A DNA stretch of 63,875 bases, filler included, from Octopus bimaculoides (taxonomy: Eukaryota), in the NCBI RefSeq assembly GCF_001194135.2. It is 6 parts of 6 records of this genome, joined end to end, with 100 filler letters (N's around TTAATTAATTAA, not from the genome) between each part and the next. Parts side by side here need not be neighbours in the genome. Positions count along the whole stretch, not along the records: positions 60,426 to 62,745 come from NC_068985.1; positions 62,846 to 63,875 come from NW_026424322.1; 4 more parts are not named here. One strand, written 5' to 3'. Positions 61,273 through 63,875 of the stretch are shown here, piece after piece. The notes beneath the pieces are model-generated. The model was not told the DNA's origin. It saw only the letters and a program-made list of their open reading frames with translations, and searched no databases. A program made the position numbers and the translations under genes. Each line of letters begins with the position of its first letter. The first letter of the stretch is position 1.

Positions 61273-63096
61273 CGATTATAGTTTGTGTAAACCTCACGAA
61301 GGAACAGTTTTATTTAAGGAAATACTTGTTCAATACCTAATATTATTGGGGTATTAATTTCCTTAAAATAATAGGTATATATATTAAAACGTATAGTTTA
61401 TACGTAGAAAAGAAGGAAAAGGTAAAGTGGAGATTGGGAAGTTAATTGTCTATTATTAAACGCAAATTTATCATATTCACGTACAACTGTTTCAATTAAT
61501 ACTCAATAAATATTAAGTAAATGTTGAATTTATATTTACGTAGCCTTCGCATAATGTCTTCAGAGGGGAAAAAAATATAGCCTTGAATGTTTTATTTGTG
61601 ATTATGGATTTGTTATAGGAGACTCAAAGTTCGGTTTATGATTTGTATTGCTATATGGTAGTGCGAGGTGTTTACAGGTTGATTAAAGATAAGATACAGA
61701 TGGTAAATAGAAATGGAGCAATACATGAGTAAATGAAACGGAGGAGATAGAGGAAACTTAAACATAAATACAGTGAGATTGTAGTTAATAAAAGATTGGA
61801 AATATTCGTTTATAAGGTAAAAAGTTAAGAAAATTTGTATATAAGCAATTACGCACGTATTCATCTACACTCATACATATATGCATTTTTACGTCCATAT
61901 ATATATATATATATATATATATANNNNNNNNNNNNNNNNNNNNNNNNNNNNNNNNNNNNNNNNNNNNNNNNNNNNNNNNNNNNNNNNNNNNNNNNNNNNN
62001 NNNNNNNNNNNNNNNNNNNNNNNNNNNNNNNNNNNNNNNNNNNNNNNNNNNNNNNNNNNNNNNNNNNNNNNNNNNNNNNNNNNNNNNNNNNNNNNNNNNN
62101 NNNNNNNNNNNNNNNNNNNNNNNNNNNNNNNNNNNNNNNNNNNNNNNNNNNNNNNNNNNNNNNNNNNNNNNNNNNNNNNNNNNNNNNNNNNNNNNNNNNN
62201 NNNNNNNNNNNNNNNNNNNNNNNNNNNNNNNNNNNNNNNNNNNNNTGTGTGTGTGTGTGTGTGTATATATGCGTTTACTCTTTTTAATCATCACTCCAAA
62301 GAAGAAGTTAATATAATTACATGTTGGTCAATTCATTCCGATTGCTAACTGAAATTTTGAATTATTTTGTTTACTCTATAGCATTTCAAGGAAAGAATAT
62401 TTATTTTTAACGGTTTTTTAAACTTCTGGTGTCTGAATGCGCATATGAAAATAATTAACAGTTATATAGGCATATGCAGAAGCGTACGTAAATGTAATCA
62501 TCGATATACATGCACGCATACGCCTACGTATGCTTAAACACACATACACAGACACACGACTACACCTGCACAGACACACACGTATGTAAGCATGCACTGA
62601 GATTCACACACGTGTACTTATATAGACGCATAGACATATATATTCATCACGTACACTCACACAATTACTCATCTTCAATTTTGTTTAGTTGTATTTGATA
62701 AATTTATGTAGGTGTACCTGTACATGCATATGCATGTGTATATATNNNNNNNNNNNNNNNNNNNNNNNNNNNNNNNNNNNNNNNNNNNNTTAATTAATTA
62801 ANNNNNNNNNNNNNNNNNNNNNNNNNNNNNNNNNNNNNNNNNNNNTATATATATATATATCTATGTATATATACGTATATATATATATTCATACACACAC
62901 GCATATATATACATGTATATATGCACATATATATATATGTATATATATGTAAATATGGGTAAATATAAATAAGAAAACAATATGTGTAGTCATAGATATA
63001 ATTGCACATATATGCACATGTGCGTGTGTGCATATATATACATATATATAAAAACAAATAGTAAATGAGTATATGCATATATACGTACAGGTATGT

Positions 63097-63243
63097 GCAT
63101 ACCGACATCCACCTGTATGTATAGGTGCATATCTGGGTACAGGACATTGCAAACAAAACGTAGACGAGAAAACGCACAAGCCACATAGAGAACATTCTAC
63201 TTCATCAGCTACCCCCGTTTTAACACCGGCGTTTCGAAGAGCT
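63097..63243. mobile_element. Unclassified repeat (inverted arm X plus core), homologous to 48820-48955
   Basis: GCATATCTGGGTACAGGAC followed by CTTCATCAGCT...CGTTTCGAA. Confidence 0.65.
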
Positions 63244-63270
63244 ATATATATATATATATATATTTATTTA

Positions 63271-63318
63271 TTTATGTGTTTCAGCCAAGTGGCTGCGGTC
63301 ATGCTGGTGCACCACCGT
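63271..63318 (-). mobile_element. SINE-C extreme 3' fragment
   Basis: TGTTTCAGCCAAGTGGCTGCGGTCATGCTGGTGCACCACC. Confidence 0.7.
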
Positions 63319-63691
63319 GAATATATATACATTTATCTCTTTACACTTGTTACACTTTCTATTTATCAACGCATCTGTCCAGCTATCTATTCGTCTGTCA
63401 GTCTATCAACATCTTTCTAATATATACACATACATGGCTCTGTGCGAGTGTGTGTGTGTGTGTGTGTTTGTGTGTATAAAGTCTCTGAGTTCTGTAGGAT
63501 AATATTCTTAAGCTTAAGTATTGTGAAACAATATGTGATGGGGAGACAAAAAATATGTGGGTTTATATATGTATATATATTTATGTATTTCTGCAGCCAT
63601 GTATAACATGTACGTATGTATATATGCGTGTATGTATGCATTGAAATTTAAACATGCAATGTCTCTCTCTCACTTCTTTATCATTCTCTAC

Positions 63692-63772
<81 letters not shown>

Positions 63773-63841
63773 CTTCTCTCCGTTATTCTCAGTCTATGTC
63801 TCCATTTTGTTGTCAGTTCATCCTTTTACTTACCTGGCTAA

Positions 63842-63875
<34 letters not shown>

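Noticed and set aside
7346-63318. Strand bias of SINE-C (13 minus versus 5 plus by my count) as a sign of a host gene
   Set aside because: Two-sided binomial p is about 0.1, SINE-B leans the other way, and the copies are not independent.

Overview
Eukaryotic, AT-rich, non-coding DNA from a gapped draft assembly, with many N runs (nearly all flanked by microsatellites) and five artificial TTAATTAATTAA linkers. The repeat landscape looks like an octopus or other coleoid cephalopod intron or intergenic region; this assignment is inference from repeat style, not a search result. No host protein-coding gene can be supported: the long ORFs in the track are microsatellite or N read-through. The window holds about 45 copies or fragments of at least four modular tRNA-derived SINE types, which I label A/A', B, C and D. 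It also holds decayed LINE remnants (R4/Dong-like RLE and RT pieces, an RTE endonuclease piece), a mariner 3' end, hAT-like and TA-flanked MITEs, and Penelope-like tails. The most interesting signals are: several hammerhead-ribozyme-like motifs of the minimal Penelope type (best at 45206-45237); a ~335 bp foldback element at 55105-55439; an 80-nt hairpin centred on TTAA at 47308-47387; module swapping and head-to-tail multimerisation among the SINEs; and a SINE family carrying an internal, independently expanding microsatellite. Coordinates were read by eye and may be off by a few bases.
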